Positions 1 to 17,116 of a DNA stretch of 64,000 nucleotides are shown in pieces. Below the pieces are notes generated by a model that searched no databases, was not told where the DNA came from, and was given only the letters and a program-made list of their open reading frames with translations. The position numbers and the translations under genes are program-made. The stretch is from Escherichia phage vB_Eco_ZCEC15, in sequence record PQ871103.1; one strand, given 5' to 3'. Positions within the stretch are counted from its first letter, which is position 1. Each line of letters starts with the position of its first letter.

Positions 1-2780
1 CTTATACATTTCAAAACATGATTGAAATGCAATTAGCTAATAAATTCATTCAGGAAAAATTTACTCTTAATAATTCTGACTATGTTAATTTTAATAATGA
101 CACTATAATGGCTGCATTGATGAATGAATCATTCCAATTCAGCCCATCATATGCTGATGTTTCATCAATAAGTAATTTTATTATTGGTGAAAATGAGTAT
201 CATGAAATACAAGGTTCTATTCAGCAAGTATGTAAGGATATTAATCGAGTTTATTTGATGGAATCAGAAGGGATTCTATATCTTTTTGAGCGTTATCAAC
301 CTGTAGTTAAAGTATCCAATGATAAAGGTCAAACCTGGAAAGCTGTAAAGCTCTTCAATGACCGTGTAGGATATCCTTTATCTAAGACTGTATATTACCA
401 ATCTGCGAGCACAACATATGTTCTAGGATACGACAAGATTTTCTATGGCCGCAAATCTACTGATGTTAGATGGTCAGCTGATGATGTCAGATTTAGTTCG
501 CAGGACATAACATTCGCTAAACTTGGTGATCAACTTCATTTGGGATTTGATGTTGAAATCTTTGGTACTTATGCTACATTACCTGCAAACGTGTATCGTA
601 TAGCTGAAGCTATTACTTGCACCGATGATTACATTTACGTTGTCGCCAGAGACAAAGTTAGATACATAAAAACGAGTAATGCACCTATAGATTCTGATCC
701 ATTATCTCCAACATATTCGGAAAGGCTATTTGAACCTGATACAATGACTATAACTGGAAATCCTAAAGCAGTATGCTATAAAATGGATTCTATTGGTGAT
801 AAAGTTTTTGCTCTTATTATCGGTGAAGTTGAAACATTAAATGCTAATCCTAGAACGTCAAAAATAATTGATTCTGCTGATAAAGGAATATATGTTTTAA
901 ATCATGACACAAAAACGTGGAAAAGAGTTTTTGGCAACACTGAAGAAGAAAGAAGACGTATTCAACCAGGGTATGCGAATATGTCAACTGATGGTAAATT
1001 AGTTTCTCTATCTTCGAGTAATTTTAAATTTTTAAGTGATAATATTGTTAATGACCCTGAAACTGTAGCAAAATATCAGTTAATCGGTGCCGTTAAATAT
1101 GAATTTCCTCGTGAATGGTTAGCTGATAAGCATTATCATATGATGGCATTTATAGCAGATGAAAAGTCTGATTGGGAAACTTTTACGCCTCAGCCGATGA
1201 AATACTATGCAGAACCATTCTTTAACTGGTCTAAAAAGTCTAATACACGGTGCTGGATAAACAACTCTAATAGGGCTGTGGTAATTTATGTAGATTTAAA
1301 ATATACTAAAGTTATTGAAAATTTTCCAGAAACATCGCCATATAGATTAGTTCATGAATACTGGGATGACGGCGATTGCACTATAGTAATGCCAAACGTT
1401 AAATTCACGGGATTTAAAAAATATGCGTCTGGGATGCTTTTTTATAAATCCTCTGGTGAAATAATTTCTTATTATGATTTTAACTATCGAGTGAGAGACA
1501 CGGTTGAAATAATTTGGAAGCCAACTGGAATATTTTTAAAAGCATTTTTACAAAACCAAGAGCATGAAACTCCTTGGTCACCAGAAGAAGAGCATGGATT
1601 AGCTGACCCTGATTTAAGACCATTGATTGGCACAATGATGCCTGATTCTTATTTACTACAAGATTCGAATTTTGAGGCATTTTGCGAAGCATATATTCAA
1701 TATCTTTCTGATGGATATGGAACTCAGTATAACAATTTACGAAATTTAATTCGTAACAAATATCCACGAGAAGAGCATGCATGGGAATATTTGTGGTCAG
1801 AGATATATAAAAGAAACATTTATTTAAATGCTGACAAACGTGATGCTGTTGCAAGATTTTTTGAATCGCGTAGCTATGATTTTTATTCTACTAAAGGAAT
1901 TGAAGCATCATATAAATTTCTTTTTAAAGTTCTTTATAATGAAGAAGTTGAAATTGAAATTGAATCTGGTGCTGGTACTGAATACGATATAATCGTTCAA
2001 TCTGATTCTTTAACTGAAGATTTGGTAGGACAAACGATTTATACAGCTACAGGAAGATGTAATGTTACTTATATAGAAAGAAGTTATTCTAATGGTAAAT
2101 TGCAATGGACCGTAACTATTCATAATCTTTTGGGAAGATTAATTGCTGGTCAAGAAGTTAAAGCAGAAAGACTCCCTAGTTTTGAAGGCGAAATTATTCG
2201 TGGAGTTAAAGGAAAGGATTTGCTTCAAAACAATATAGACTATATTAATAGAAGTAGATCATACTATGTAATGAAAATTAAATCCAATTTACCTTCTTCC
2301 CGCTGGAAATCTGACGTTATTCGTTTTGTTCATCCAGTAGGATTTGGATTTATAGCAATTACCCTTTTAACGATGTTTATTAATGTTGGTTTAACTCTTA
2401 AACATACAGAGACTATAATTAATAAATACAAAAACTATAAATGGGATTCTGGATTGCCTACTGAATATGCTGATAGAGTAGCTAAATTAACTCCAACCGG
2501 TGAAATTGAGTATGATTCAGTAACAGGCGAAGCAATTTATGAGCCTGGCCCAATGGCTGGTGTAGAATATCCTCTTCCTGATGACTATAATGCTGAAAAT
2601 AATAATTCAATATTTCAAGGTCAATTGCCTTCTGAACGACGCAAGTTAATGAGTCCTCTATTTGACGCATCTGGAACAACATTTGCACAGTTTAGGGATT
2701 TAGTTAATAAACGTCTAAAAGATAATATAGGAAATCCAAGAGACCCTGAAAATCCAACACAGGTTAAAATAGATGAATGA
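1..2780 (+). CDS. 7: baseplate wedge protein gp7, 5' end truncated by window edge
   Basis: Reading frame open from position 3 with no upstream stop; about 926 codons present; lies immediately upstream of gene 8 with ATGA-type overlap; T4 gp7 is about 1032 aa. Confidence 0.85.
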   Translation, partial: YTFQNMIEMQLANKFIQEKFTLNNSDYVNFNNDTIMAALMNESFQFSPSYADVSSISNFIIGENEYHEIQGSIQQVCKDINRVYLMESEGILYLFERYQPVVKVSNDKGQTWKAVKLFNDRVGYPLSKTVYYQSASTTYVLGYDKIFYGRKSTDVRWSADDVRFSSQDITFAKLGDQLHLGFDVEIFGTYATLPANVYRIAEAITCTDDYIYVVARDKVRYIKTSNAPIDSDPLSPTYSERLFEPDTMTITGNPKAVCYKMDSIGDKVFALIIGEVETLNANPRTSKIIDSADKGIYVLNHDTKTWKRVFGNTEEERRRIQPGYANMSTDGKLVSLSSSNFKFLSDNIVNDPETVAKYQLIGAVKYEFPREWLADKHYHMMAFIADEKSDWETFTPQPMKYYAEPFFNWSKKSNTRCWINNSNRAVVIYVDLKYTKVIENFPETSPYRLVHEYWDDGDCTIVMPNVKFTGFKKYASGMLFYKSSGEIISYYDFNYRVRDTVEIIWKPTGIFLKAFLQNQEHETPWSPEEEHGLADPDLRPLIGTMMPDSYLLQDSNFEAFCEAYIQYLSDGYGTQYNNLRNLIRNKYPREEHAWEYLWSEIYKRNIYLNADKRDAVARFFESRSYDFYSTKGIEASYKFLFKVLYNEEVEIEIESGAGTEYDIIVQSDSLTEDLVGQTIYTATGRCNVTYIERSYSNGKLQWTVTIHNLLGRLIAGQEVKAERLPSFEGEIIRGVKGKDLLQNNIDYINRSRSYYVMKIKSNLPSSRWKSDVIRFVHPVGFGFIAITLLTMFINVGLTLKHTETIINKYKNYKWDSGLPTEYADRVAKLTPTGEIEYDSVTGEAIYEPGPMAGVEYPLPDDYNAENNNSIFQGQLPSERRKLMSPLFDASGTTFAQFRDLVNKRLKDNIGNPRDPENPTQVKIDE

Positions 2781-3777
2781 TTCAAGTGTTATCTATCGTG
2801 CGATAGTTACTTCAAAATTTAGAACAGAAAAAATGTTGAATTTTTATAATTCAATTGGGAGTGGTCCGGATAAAAACACTATCTTTATCACATTTGGAAG
2901 ATCAGAACCGTGGTCATCAAATGAAAATGAGGTGGGCTTTGCTCCACCTTATCCAACTGATTCTGTATTGGGTGTAACTGACATGTGGACTCATATGATG
3001 GGAACCGTAAAGGTTCTTCCATCTATGCTTGATGCGGTTATTCCTCGTAGAGATTGGGGAGATACTAGATATCCGGATCCATACACATTTAGAATTAACG
3101 ATATTGTAGTATGTAACTCAGCTCCTTACAATGCTACTGAATCAGGCGCAGGCTGGCTAGTATATCGTTGTTTAGATGTTCCTGACACAGGAACATGCTC
3201 AATAACATCTTTGACTGACAAGGATGAATGTATTAAGTTAGGTGGAAAATGGACTCCTTCTGTTAGGTCAATGACTCCTCCTGAAGGTCGAGGAGACGCG
3301 GAAGGAACAATCGAACCTGGAGACGGATATGTTTGGGAATATCTTTTTGAGATTCCGCCTGATGTATCTATAAATAGATGCACAAATGAATATATCGTAG
3401 TTCCTTGGCCTGAGGAATTAAAAGAAGACCCAACTAGATGGGGGTATGAAGATAATCTCACTTGGCAACAAGATGATTTTGGATTAATTTACCGTGTTAA
3501 GGCAAATACTATCCGTTTTAAAGCATATTTAGATTCAGTTTACTTTCCTGATGCTGCATTACCGGGAAATAAAGGATTTAGACAAATATCAATAATCACC
3601 AATCCTCTTGAAGCTAAAGCTCATCCAAATGACCCAAATGTTAAAGCTGAAAAGGATTATTATGATCCAGAAGATTTAATGAGGCATTCGGGCGAAATGA
3701 TTTATATGGAAAATAGGCCACCTATTATCATGGCAATGGATCAAACAGAAGAAATCAATATTCTGTTTACATTTTAA
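2773..3777 (+). CDS. 8: baseplate wedge protein gp8
   Basis: 334 aa ORF, same length as T4 gp8; sequence matches my recollection of T4 gp8; synteny 7-8-9. Confidence 0.93.
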   Translation: MNDSSVIYRAIVTSKFRTEKMLNFYNSIGSGPDKNTIFITFGRSEPWSSNENEVGFAPPYPTDSVLGVTDMWTHMMGTVKVLPSMLDAVIPRRDWGDTRYPDPYTFRINDIVVCNSAPYNATESGAGWLVYRCLDVPDTGTCSITSLTDKDECIKLGGKWTPSVRSMTPPEGRGDAEGTIEPGDGYVWEYLFEIPPDVSINRCTNEYIVVPWPEELKEDPTRWGYEDNLTWQQDDFGLIYRVKANTIRFKAYLDSVYFPDAALPGNKGFRQISIITNPLEAKAHPNDPNVKAEKDYYDPEDLMRHSGEMIYMENRPPIIMAMDQTEEINILFTF

Positions 3778-3782
3778 ATTAA

Positions 3783-3809
3783 GGGAGCCCATGGGCTCCC
3801 TTTTTTTCT
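3783..3809 (+). terminator. intrinsic terminator after gene 8 (GGGAGCCC..GGGCTCCC hairpin + T-run)
   Basis: Perfect 8-bp inverted repeat followed by TTTTTTTCTT. Confidence 0.8.
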
Positions 3810-3810
3810 T

Positions 3811-3818
3811 TATAAATA
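3811..3818 (+). promoter_or_regulatory. late promoter TATAAATA for gene 9
   Basis: Exact TATAAATA 25 nt upstream of gene 9 ATG. Confidence 0.75.
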
Positions 3819-3842
3819 CTATAAACTCATAAGGAAACCGCT

Positions 3843-4709
3843 ATGTTCATTCAAGAACCAAAGAAATTGATTGATACCGGCGAAATTGGTAACGCTTCTA
3901 CTGGTGATATCTTATTCGACGGTGGTAATAAAATTAATAGTGATTTTAACGCAATTTATAATGCGTTTGGCGATCAGCGCAAAATGGCAGTAGCAAATGG
4001 CACTGGAGCAAATGGCCAAATTATCCATGCTACTGGATATTATCAAAAGCACTCTATAGCAGAGTACGCAACTCCAGTAAAAGTTGGCACTAGACATGAT
4101 ATTGATACCTCTACTGTAGGTGTTAAAGTTATCATTGAAAAAGGCGAACTTGGCGACTGTGTTGAATTTATTAACTCAAATGGATCAATATCAGTTACTA
4201 ATCCTTTAACAATTCAGGCTATTGATTCAATCAAAGGCGTTTCGGGTAATTTGGTAGTAACTAGCCCATATAGTAAAGTTACTTTACGATGTATTTCATC
4301 TGATAATTCTACATCTGTTTGGAATTATTCTATTGAAAGTATGTTTGGACAAAAGGAATCACCAGCTGAAGGTACATGGAATATTTCTACATCTGGATCA
4401 GTTGACATTCCACTATTTCACCGTACTGAATATAACATGGCTAAATTGTTAGTTACGTGCCAATCGATAGATGGAAGAAAAATTAAAACAGCAGAAATAA
4501 ATATTCTTGTGGATAATGTTAATTCAGAGGTCATTTCTTCTGAATATGCTGTCATGCGAGTTGGGAATGAAACTGAAGAAGACGAAATCGCTAATATTGC
4601 ATTTAGTATTAAAACAAATTATGTAACAGCGACTATAAGTTCTTCAACTGTCGGTATGAGAGCAGCAGTTAAAGTTATCGCTACGCAGAAAATCGGGGTG
4701 GCTCAATAA
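3843..4709 (+). CDS. 9: baseplate wedge / long tail fiber socket protein gp9
   Basis: 288 aa, same length as T4 gp9; preceded by hairpin+T-run and a TATAAATA late promoter; synteny. Confidence 0.93.
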   Translation: MFIQEPKKLIDTGEIGNASTGDILFDGGNKINSDFNAIYNAFGDQRKMAVANGTGANGQIIHATGYYQKHSIAEYATPVKVGTRHDIDTSTVGVKVIIEKGELGDCVEFINSNGSISVTNPLTIQAIDSIKGVSGNLVVTSPYSKVTLRCISSDNSTSVWNYSIESMFGQKESPAEGTWNISTSGSVDIPLFHRTEYNMAKLLVTCQSIDGRKIKTAEINILVDNVNSEVISSEYAVMRVGNETEEDEIANIAFSIKTNYVTATISSSTVGMRAAVKVIATQKIGVAQ

Positions 4710-6514
4710 TGAAACAAAATATTAATATCGGTAATGTTGTTGATGATGGTACCGGTGACTACCTGCGTAAAGGTGGTATAAAAATAAATGAAAACTTTGA
4801 TGAACTTTATTATGAACTTGGCGATGGAGATGTTCCATATTCAGCCGGTGCCTGGAAAACTTATAATGCTTCATCCGGTCAAACATTAAAAGCTAAGTGG
4901 GGAAAATCATACGCTATTAATACCTCTTCTGGAAGAGTAACTTTACAACTTCCTAAAGGAACTGTTAATGATTATAATAAAGTAATTAGAGCTAGGGATG
5001 TATTTGCAACATGGAACATTAATCCAGTTACTTTAGTAGCTGCTTCTGGGGATACAATTAAAGGGTCGTCATCGTCAGTTGAAATTAATATTCAATTTAG
5101 TGATTTAGAGCTCGTTTATTGCGCTCCAGGACGTTGGGAGTATGTCAAAAACAAACAAATTGATAAAATTATTAGTTCAGATATTAGTAATGTAGCTCGC
5201 AAAGAATTTTTAGTAGAAGTTCAAGGACAAACTGACTTTTTAGATGTTTTCCATGGAACTAGTTATAATGTCAATAACATCAGAGTAAAACACCGCGGTA
5301 ACGAATTATATTACGGCGATGTATTTAGTGAAAACAGTGACTTTGGCTCTCCGGGGGAAAATGAAGGAGAATTAATTCCTCTTGATGGATTTAATATTAG
5401 GTTAAGACAGCCTTGTAATATTGGCGACACTGTTCAAATTGAAACGTTTATGGATGGTGTATCACAATGGAGAAGTTCATATACAAGACGCCAAATAAAA
5501 GTACTAGATTCAAAACTAACATCAAAGACTTCTTTAGAAGGAAGCATTTATGTTACTGATTTATCGGCGATGAAATCAATTCCATTCTCTGCGTTTGGAT
5601 TAATTCCTGGCGAACCCATTAATCCTAATTCTCTCGAGGTTCGTTTTAATGGAATTTTACAGCAACAGGCTGGAACAGCTGGGTATCCTCTGTTTTTGTG
5701 CGAAGGCGCTAATTCAGATACGCAAGAAGGATGTATATCTCTTGGTGGCGAATGGAAAGAATCAAACACAGATTATTCTATAGAATATGAAGATGGAAAA
5801 CCTACAAGTCTTTTATTTGATAGAAAATTTGAATCAGGCGATATAATCGTTATAACGTGGTTCAATAATGATTTAGGAACTCTTTTAGAAAAAGATGACA
5901 TCATTGAATTAACGGATGACCGTTATGTTAGTAAAGGATCATCTACCGAAGTTACTGGTGATGTAGCCTTAACGGATTTTGATAAAATCGGTTGGCCAAA
6001 TGTTGAAAAAGTTGATTCTTATACTAGAACGTATAATTCAATATCATCTATTTTCGATAGCATTTATCCTGTAGGTTCAATTTATGAAAATGCTATAAAC
6101 CCAAATAATCCGGTGACTTATATGGGGTTTGGTTCGTGGAAATTATTTGGTAAAGGACAAGTTTTAGTAGGATGGAATGATGATGTTACAGATCCAAACT
6201 TTGCATTAAACAATAATGATTTAGATTCTAGCGGAAATCCTTCACATACTGCCGGTGGAACAGTTGGAACAACGTCAGTAACGCTTGAAAATGCAAATCT
6301 TCCTGCGACTAAAACTGACGAAAGAGTTTTAATTGAAGATGAAAATGGATCAGTTATTATTGGAGGTTGTCAATATGACCCAGATGAAACTGGTCCTATA
6401 TATACAAAATATCGTGAAGACTATGCAACAACAAACTCTTCACATACTCCTCCTACTAATATTAGTAATATTCAACCGTCTATTACTGTATACCGTTGGA
6501 TAAGGATTGCATAA
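4709..6514 (+). CDS. 10: baseplate wedge protein gp10
   Basis: 601 aa (T4 gp10 about 602 aa); start overlaps gene 9 stop; synteny. Confidence 0.93.
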   Translation: MKQNINIGNVVDDGTGDYLRKGGIKINENFDELYYELGDGDVPYSAGAWKTYNASSGQTLKAKWGKSYAINTSSGRVTLQLPKGTVNDYNKVIRARDVFATWNINPVTLVAASGDTIKGSSSSVEINIQFSDLELVYCAPGRWEYVKNKQIDKIISSDISNVARKEFLVEVQGQTDFLDVFHGTSYNVNNIRVKHRGNELYYGDVFSENSDFGSPGENEGELIPLDGFNIRLRQPCNIGDTVQIETFMDGVSQWRSSYTRRQIKVLDSKLTSKTSLEGSIYVTDLSAMKSIPFSAFGLIPGEPINPNSLEVRFNGILQQQAGTAGYPLFLCEGANSDTQEGCISLGGEWKESNTDYSIEYEDGKPTSLLFDRKFESGDIIVITWFNNDLGTLLEKDDIIELTDDRYVSKGSSTEVTGDVALTDFDKIGWPNVEKVDSYTRTYNSISSIFDSIYPVGSIYENAINPNNPVTYMGFGSWKLFGKGQVLVGWNDDVTDPNFALNNNDLDSSGNPSHTAGGTVGTTSVTLENANLPATKTDERVLIEDENGSVIIGGCQYDPDETGPIYTKYREDYATTNSSHTPPTNISNIQPSITVYRWIRIA

Positions 6515-7173
6515 TGAGTTTACTTAATAATAAAGCGGGAGTTATTTCCCGCTTAGCAGATTTTCTTGGTTTTAGAACTAAGAAAAATGATATTTCGGTT
6601 ATGAATAATCAGCCAGTAGGTGCTGTAACAATTTCACAAATAGCAAAAGGGTTTTATGACCCAAATGTAGAATCTGCTATTAATGATGTTAGAAATATGG
6701 CAGAGCAACAGGTTGGAGCTGTATTAGTTAATATAAGTGGCGTATCTCCTACTGGCGTGCAGCAAACAGACTATTGGTCATTTGAAGGAACTGTCAATGA
6801 TACTTCAGCCAAACCAGGTGACCCGGTTATTGTTAACATGTTTGGCATTCCTGTTAAAGCTACTAATGGAATGACTTCAATCGAATTTACCAGTGCCGTT
6901 AGAACAGCTCTACAGGAAATGGTTGCAAAATTTATTGCAATTGATTCATTTGAAGACCATCCTACCATAGGAAATAAAATACAAGTTAAGTATTTAGATA
7001 ACCAAGAACATATCTTAGAACAATACTCTGATAAAGGAATTACTTTCAAACAAGAAATAATTTCTCCTTCTAAACCTGGGTATGGAACTTGGCAATTATT
7101 AGGTGCGCAAACTGTTACGCTAGATAGTCACACACAACCTACAGTATTTTATTATTTTGAGAGAATAGCATGA
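6514..7173 (+). CDS. 11: baseplate wedge protein gp11 (short tail fiber attachment)
   Basis: Track ORF begins at an upstream non-ATG codon; ATG at 6514 gives 219 aa starting [20 protein letters not shown], as in T4 gp11; overlaps gene 10 stop. Confidence 0.92.
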   Translation: MSLLNNKAGVISRLADFLGFRTKKNDISVMNNQPVGAVTISQIAKGFYDPNVESAINDVRNMAEQQVGAVLVNISGVSPTGVQQTDYWSFEGTVNDTSAKPGDPVIVNMFGIPVKATNGMTSIEFTSAVRTALQEMVAKFIAIDSFEDHPTIGNKIQVKYLDNQEHILEQYSDKGITFKQEIISPSKPGYGTWQLLGAQTVTLDSHTQPTVFYYFERIA

Positions 7174-8720
7174 GTAACAATACATATCAGCACGTATCAA
7201 ATGAATCAAAATATGTTAAATTCGATCCTACTGGATCGAATTTTCCTGACACTGTCACGACAGTGCAGTCTGCATTATCAAAAATAAGTAATATCGGCGT
7301 AAATGGTATTCCTGATGCAACTATGGAAGTTAAAGGAATAGCAATGATTGCGTCAGAACAAGAGGTTTTAGATGGAACTAATAACTCTAAAATCGTTACA
7401 CCAGCTACATTAGCAACAAGATTATTGTATCCAAATGCTACTGAAACTAAATATGGTTTAACGCGCTATTCAACAAATGAAGAAACTTTAGAAGGCTCAG
7501 ATAATAATTCGTCGATAACTCCACAAAAATTGAAATACCACACTGACGATGTGTTCAAAAATAGATATTCGTCTGAGTCATCAAACGGGGTTATTAAAAT
7601 ATCATCAACACCTGCAGCTTTGGCTGGTGTTGATGATACTACTGCGATGACTCCGCTAAAAACCCAAAAACTTGCAATAAAATTAATTTCGCAAATAGCT
7701 CCTTCAGAAGACACTGCAACAGAATCGGTGAGAGGAGTAGTTCAATTATCTACTGTTGCACAAATTCGTCAAGGAACTCTCCGCGAAGGATATGCAATTT
7801 CCCCGTATACCTTTATGAATTCTGTTGCAACACATGAATATAAGGGTGTTATACGCCTAGGAACGCAGACTGAAATTAATAATAATTTGGGTGGTGTTGC
7901 AGTAACAGGCGAAACATTAAATGGTCGAGGAGCTACTGGTTCTATGCGCGGTGTAGTAAAATTAACGACGCAAGCCGGTATTGCCCCTGAAGGTGATAGC
8001 TCTGGAGCATTAGCGTGGAACGCAGATGTAATTAATACTCGTGGTGGACAAACTATTAATGGTTCTTTAAATTTAGACCATCTTACAGCAAATGGAATTT
8101 GGTCACGCGGTGGAATGTGGAAAAATGGCGATCAACCTGTTGCCACTGAAAGATATGCGTCCGAAAGGGTTCCAGTTGGAACTATTATGATGTTTGCGGG
8201 TGATTCAGCACCTCCAGGTTGGATTATGTGTCACGGTGGAACCGTGTCAGGTGACCAATTTCCTGATTATAGAAACGTAGTTGGATCAAGATTTGGTGGT
8301 GATTGGAATAATCCTGGTATTCCTGATATGCGAGGTCTTTTCGTCAGAGGAGCCGGTACTGGCGGTCATATTTTAAATCAACGAGGACAAGATGGTTATG
8401 GAAAGGATAGACTTGGTGTAGGATGTGACGGAATGCATGTTGGTGGTGTCCAGGCACAACAAATGTCATACCATAAACACGCCGGTGGTTGGGGGGAACA
8501 TAACAGAAGTGAAGGCCCATTTGGCGCGTCTGTTTATCAAGGATATCTTGGAACTAGAAAATATGCCGACTGGGATAATGCTTCATACTTCACTAATGAT
8601 GGATTTGAATTAGGCGGACCGAGAGATGCCCTTGGTACACTTAATCGTGAAGGATTAATTGGTTATGAAACTAGACCATGGAATATATCATTAAACTATA
8701 TTATTAAAGTTCATTACTAA
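7170..8720 (+). CDS. 12: short tail fiber protein gp12
   Basis: 516 aa; N-terminus [13 protein letters not shown] and C-terminal [13 protein letters not shown] as in T4 gp12; ATGA overlap with gene 11. Confidence 0.93.
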   Translation: MSNNTYQHVSNESKYVKFDPTGSNFPDTVTTVQSALSKISNIGVNGIPDATMEVKGIAMIASEQEVLDGTNNSKIVTPATLATRLLYPNATETKYGLTRYSTNEETLEGSDNNSSITPQKLKYHTDDVFKNRYSSESSNGVIKISSTPAALAGVDDTTAMTPLKTQKLAIKLISQIAPSEDTATESVRGVVQLSTVAQIRQGTLREGYAISPYTFMNSVATHEYKGVIRLGTQTEINNNLGGVAVTGETLNGRGATGSMRGVVKLTTQAGIAPEGDSSGALAWNADVINTRGGQTINGSLNLDHLTANGIWSRGGMWKNGDQPVATERYASERVPVGTIMMFAGDSAPPGWIMCHGGTVSGDQFPDYRNVVGSRFGGDWNNPGIPDMRGLFVRGAGTGGHILNQRGQDGYGKDRLGVGCDGMHVGGVQAQQMSYHKHAGGWGEHNRSEGPFGASVYQGYLGTRKYADWDNASYFTNDGFELGGPRDALGTLNREGLIGYETRPWNISLNYIIKVHY

Positions 8721-8729
8721 GGATTACAA

Positions 8730-10187
8730 ATGATTGAATTAAAAGATTTACCTTTTGTTGATAGCGTTCCTGATGAAGGTCAGGAACGTATTTCATGGAT
8801 TAAAAATGGTGAAGAAATATTAGGAGCTAGTACTAAGTATGGAAATGATGGATCAATGAATAGACCTATTGTTTCCGTGTTTAAAAATGTCGAAGTTCTT
8901 GATGAAAATGTGGGAATTCTTAAAACTGCCATTGAAACATCGCAGAAAGATATTAAAACAATTCAAGGAGTTTTAGATGTATCAGGAGATATAGAAGCAC
9001 TAGCACAGATCAGTGTTAATAAAAATGACATATCAAATTTAAAGACACTTACTAATGAACACACTGATATATTAACTGGAACTAATAATACAGTTGACAA
9101 AATTATTGCTGATATAGGTCCATTTAATGATGAAGAAAACTCTGTTTATAGAACAATTAGAAATGATTTATTGTGGATTAAACAAGAACTAGGGCAATAT
9201 TCTGGCCAAGACATTAACGGTCTTCCTGTTGTTGGTAATGCTAGCACAGGAATGAAACATAGAATAATAACAAATAGTACATTATTATCTTCACAAGGCA
9301 TTCGTTTAAGTGAATTAGAAACTAAATTTACTGAATCTGACGTAGGATCATTAACTGTTGAAGTTGGTAAATTACGCGATGAACTTGGTAATAAACCGGT
9401 AGATTTTGGGCCAAATATTTATAATAGATTAAACACCATAGATGATAAACAAACTTTAATAAATTCTGATATAGCAGAAATTAAATCTTCTATTGGATAC
9501 CCAGAAAATGTTTCTATAATAACAGAAATTAATAATAACAAAAGTAGCATTGAAGCTATTAATAATGAATTAAATCAGAGTGAAGGTGTTAAACAGCGCT
9601 TAACGGCTATTGAAACTTCTATAGGTTCAGATGATATTCCTTCTAGTATTAAAGGAAAAATTAAAAATCACACAACTTCTATTGAGTCTTTAAATGGAAT
9701 TGTCGGTGAAAACACTTCGTCTGGTTTAAGAGCGAATGTTTCGTGGTTAAATCAAATTGTTGGAACTGACTCCAGCGGAGGACAACCGTCTCCTTCTGGA
9801 TCTCTATTAAATAAAGTTTCAGTGCTTGAAGGAGAAGTTTCAGTTTTAAACAATAATGTTCAAAATATACAAGTTGAAATAGGAAATAATAGAACAGGAA
9901 TTAAAGGTCAAGTTATTGAACTTACTTCACTTATAAATGGAAATAATCCTGACGGATCAACTGTTGAAGAACGAGGATTAACTAATTCTATAAAAACGAA
10001 TGAAACTAACATTGCGGTAGTCACGCATGAAGTAAATACAGCTAAAGACAATATATCCTCTTTACAGAGCAACGTTCAAGCTCTACAAGAAGCAGGTTAT
10101 ATTCCTGAAGCTCCAAAAGATGGCCAAGCTTACGTTCGTAAAGACGGCGAATGGGTATTGCTTTCTACCTTTTTATCACCAGCATAA
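8730..10187 (+). CDS. wac: fibritin (whisker antigen control) with C-terminal foldon
   Basis: 485 aa; C-terminus [30 protein letters not shown] is the fibritin foldon; long heptad-rich coiled-coil body. Confidence 0.95.
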   Translation: MIELKDLPFVDSVPDEGQERISWIKNGEEILGASTKYGNDGSMNRPIVSVFKNVEVLDENVGILKTAIETSQKDIKTIQGVLDVSGDIEALAQISVNKNDISNLKTLTNEHTDILTGTNNTVDKIIADIGPFNDEENSVYRTIRNDLLWIKQELGQYSGQDINGLPVVGNASTGMKHRIITNSTLLSSQGIRLSELETKFTESDVGSLTVEVGKLRDELGNKPVDFGPNIYNRLNTIDDKQTLINSDIAEIKSSIGYPENVSIITEINNNKSSIEAINNELNQSEGVKQRLTAIETSIGSDDIPSSIKGKIKNHTTSIESLNGIVGENTSSGLRANVSWLNQIVGTDSSGGQPSPSGSLLNKVSVLEGEVSVLNNNVQNIQVEIGNNRTGIKGQVIELTSLINGNNPDGSTVEERGLTNSIKTNETNIAVVTHEVNTAKDNISSLQSNVQALQEAGYIPEAPKDGQAYVRKDGEWVLLSTFLSPA

Positions 10188-10218
10188 CATGGGGCCGCAG
10201 GGCCCCAAAGGATTTTAA

Positions 10219-11920
<1,702 letters not shown>

Positions 11921-11961
11921 TAAATATTATAAACTAATTAAAGCCCAGATTAGGAGAAATC

Positions 11962-15102
<3,141 letters not shown>

Positions 15103-15130
15103 TATTAAAGCATATTAAAGAGGATTAAAA

Positions 15131-17110
15131 ATGACTTTATTATCTCCGGGCATTGAGCTCAAAGAAACTACGGTTCAAAGCACCGTGGTTAATAACTCTA
15201 CTGGTACAGCAGCTTTGGCCGGTAAATTCCAGTGGGGTCCTGCTTTTCAGATTAAACAGGTTACAAACGAAGTAGATTTAGTTAATACTTTTGGTCAACC
15301 TACAGCTGAAACTGCTGACTATTTTATGTCTGCAATGAATTTCTTACAATATGGAAATGATTTGCGAGTTGTGCGCGCTGTCGATAGAGATACCGCTAAA
15401 AACTCATCTCCGATTGCTGGTAATATTGAATACACAATTTCTACCCCAGGTAGTAACTACGCGGTTGGAGATAAAATCACGGTCAAATATGTTTCAGAAG
15501 ATGTTGAAACAGAAGGTAAAATTACCGAAGTAGATGCTGATGGAAAAATTAAGAAAATTAATATTCCTACTGCAAAAATTATTGCTAAAGCTAAAGAAGT
15601 TGGCGAATACCCAACATTAGGTTCTAACTGGACTGCAGAAATTTCTTCGTCTTCCTCTGGTTTAGCTGCAGTAATAACTCTTGGAAAAATTATTACTGAT
15701 TCTGGTATTTTATTAGCTGAAATTGAAAATGCTGAAGCTGCTATGACAGCTGTTGACTTTCAAGCAAGTCTCGAAAAATATGGAATTCCAGGAGTAGTAG
15801 CTCTTTATCCAGGTGAGTTGGGCGATAAAATTGAAATTGAAATCGTATCTAAAGCTGACTACGCAAAAGGGGCTTCTGCATTACTCCCAATTTATCCAGG
15901 TGGCGGAACACGCGCATCTACTGCCAAAGCAGTGTTTGGATATGGACCACAAACTGACTCGCAATACGCTATTATAGTTCGTCGCAATGATGCTATTGTT
16001 CAAAGCGTTGTTCTTTCAACGAAGCGTGGTGAAAAAGATATTTACGATAGTAACATCTATATTGATGACTTTTTCGCAAAAGGCGGTTCAGAATATATTT
16101 TTGCAACTGCACAAAACTGGCCAGAAGGCTTCTCTGGAATTTTAACTCTGTCTGGTGGATTATCATCAAATGCTGAAGTAACAGCAGGAGATTTGATGGA
16201 AGCTTGGGACTTCTTTGCTGACCGCGAATCTGTTGACGTTCAGTTGTTTATTGCGGGTTCTTGTGCCGGTGAATCTTTAGAAACAGCATCTACTGTCCAA
16301 AAACACGTCGTTTCAATTGGAGATGCTCGCCAAGATTGCTTAGTATTGTGCTCACCACCGCGTGAAACTGTTGTTGGAATTCCTGTAACTCGTGCTGTTG
16401 ATAACTTAGTCAATTGGAGAACCGCATCAGGTTCATACACTGATAATAACTTTAATATCAGTTCAACCTACGCAGCAATTGATGGTAACTACAAGTATCA
16501 GTATGACAAATATAATGATGTAAATCGTTGGGTTCCATTAGCAGCTGACATTGCTGGTTTATGCGCGAGAACTGATAACGTTTCTCAGACTTGGATGTCT
16601 CCAGCTGGTTATAATCGTGGCCAGATTCTTAACGTTATTAAACTTGCTATTGAAACTCGCCAAGCTCAGCGCGACCGTTTATATCAAGAAGCTATCAACC
16701 CAGTAACTGGTACAGGTGGTGATGGTTACGTATTATATGGTGATAAAACAGCTACTTCTGTTCCTTCTCCATTTGATCGTATTAACGTTCGTCGTCTGTT
16801 TAATATGTTGAAAACGAATATCGGACGTAGTTCAAAATATCGTTTGTTCGAATTAAACAACGCGTTTACTCGTTCATCATTCCGCACAGAAACTGCCCAG
16901 TACTTACAGGGAATTAAAGCTCTCGGTGGAATTTATGAATATCGTGTAGTTTGCGATACAACAAATAATACTCCGTCAGTAATTGATAGAAATGAGTTTG
17001 TTGCAACATTCTACATCCAACCGGCGCGCAGTATAAATTATATTACTTTGAATTTCGTCGCAACTGCTACTGGTGCAGACTTCGATGAGTTAACTGGTCT
17101 TGCAGGTTAA
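15131..17110 (+). CDS. 18: tail sheath protein gp18
   Basis: 659 aa, same length as T4 gp18; preceded by TATAAATA late promoter overlapping gene 17 stop. Confidence 0.95.
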   Translation: MTLLSPGIELKETTVQSTVVNNSTGTAALAGKFQWGPAFQIKQVTNEVDLVNTFGQPTAETADYFMSAMNFLQYGNDLRVVRAVDRDTAKNSSPIAGNIEYTISTPGSNYAVGDKITVKYVSEDVETEGKITEVDADGKIKKINIPTAKIIAKAKEVGEYPTLGSNWTAEISSSSSGLAAVITLGKIITDSGILLAEIENAEAAMTAVDFQASLEKYGIPGVVALYPGELGDKIEIEIVSKADYAKGASALLPIYPGGGTRASTAKAVFGYGPQTDSQYAIIVRRNDAIVQSVVLSTKRGEKDIYDSNIYIDDFFAKGGSEYIFATAQNWPEGFSGILTLSGGLSSNAEVTAGDLMEAWDFFADRESVDVQLFIAGSCAGESLETASTVQKHVVSIGDARQDCLVLCSPPRETVVGIPVTRAVDNLVNWRTASGSYTDNNFNISSTYAAIDGNYKYQYDKYNDVNRWVPLAADIAGLCARTDNVSQTWMSPAGYNRGQILNVIKLAIETRQAQRDRLYQEAINPVTGTGGDGYVLYGDKTATSVPSPFDRINVRRLFNMLKTNIGRSSKYRLFELNNAFTRSSFRTETAQYLQGIKALGGIYEYRVVCDTTNNTPSVIDRNEFVATFYIQPARSINYITLNFVATATGADFDELTGLAG

Positions 17111-17116
17111 TTGATT

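Noticed and set aside
1480-1854. Minus-strand 124-aa ORF (and 2482-2688) inside gene 7
   Set aside because: Antisense to a long, well-supported structural gene; no promoter or RBS; typical spurious ORF in AT-rich sequence.
17111-17113. TTG start codons proposed by the ORF track (17111; also 18438 for gene 20 and 6496 for gene 11)
   Set aside because: The track extends ORFs to the longest alternative start; for genes 11 and 20 downstream ATGs give the known T4 N-termini, so the shorter ATG starts were used.
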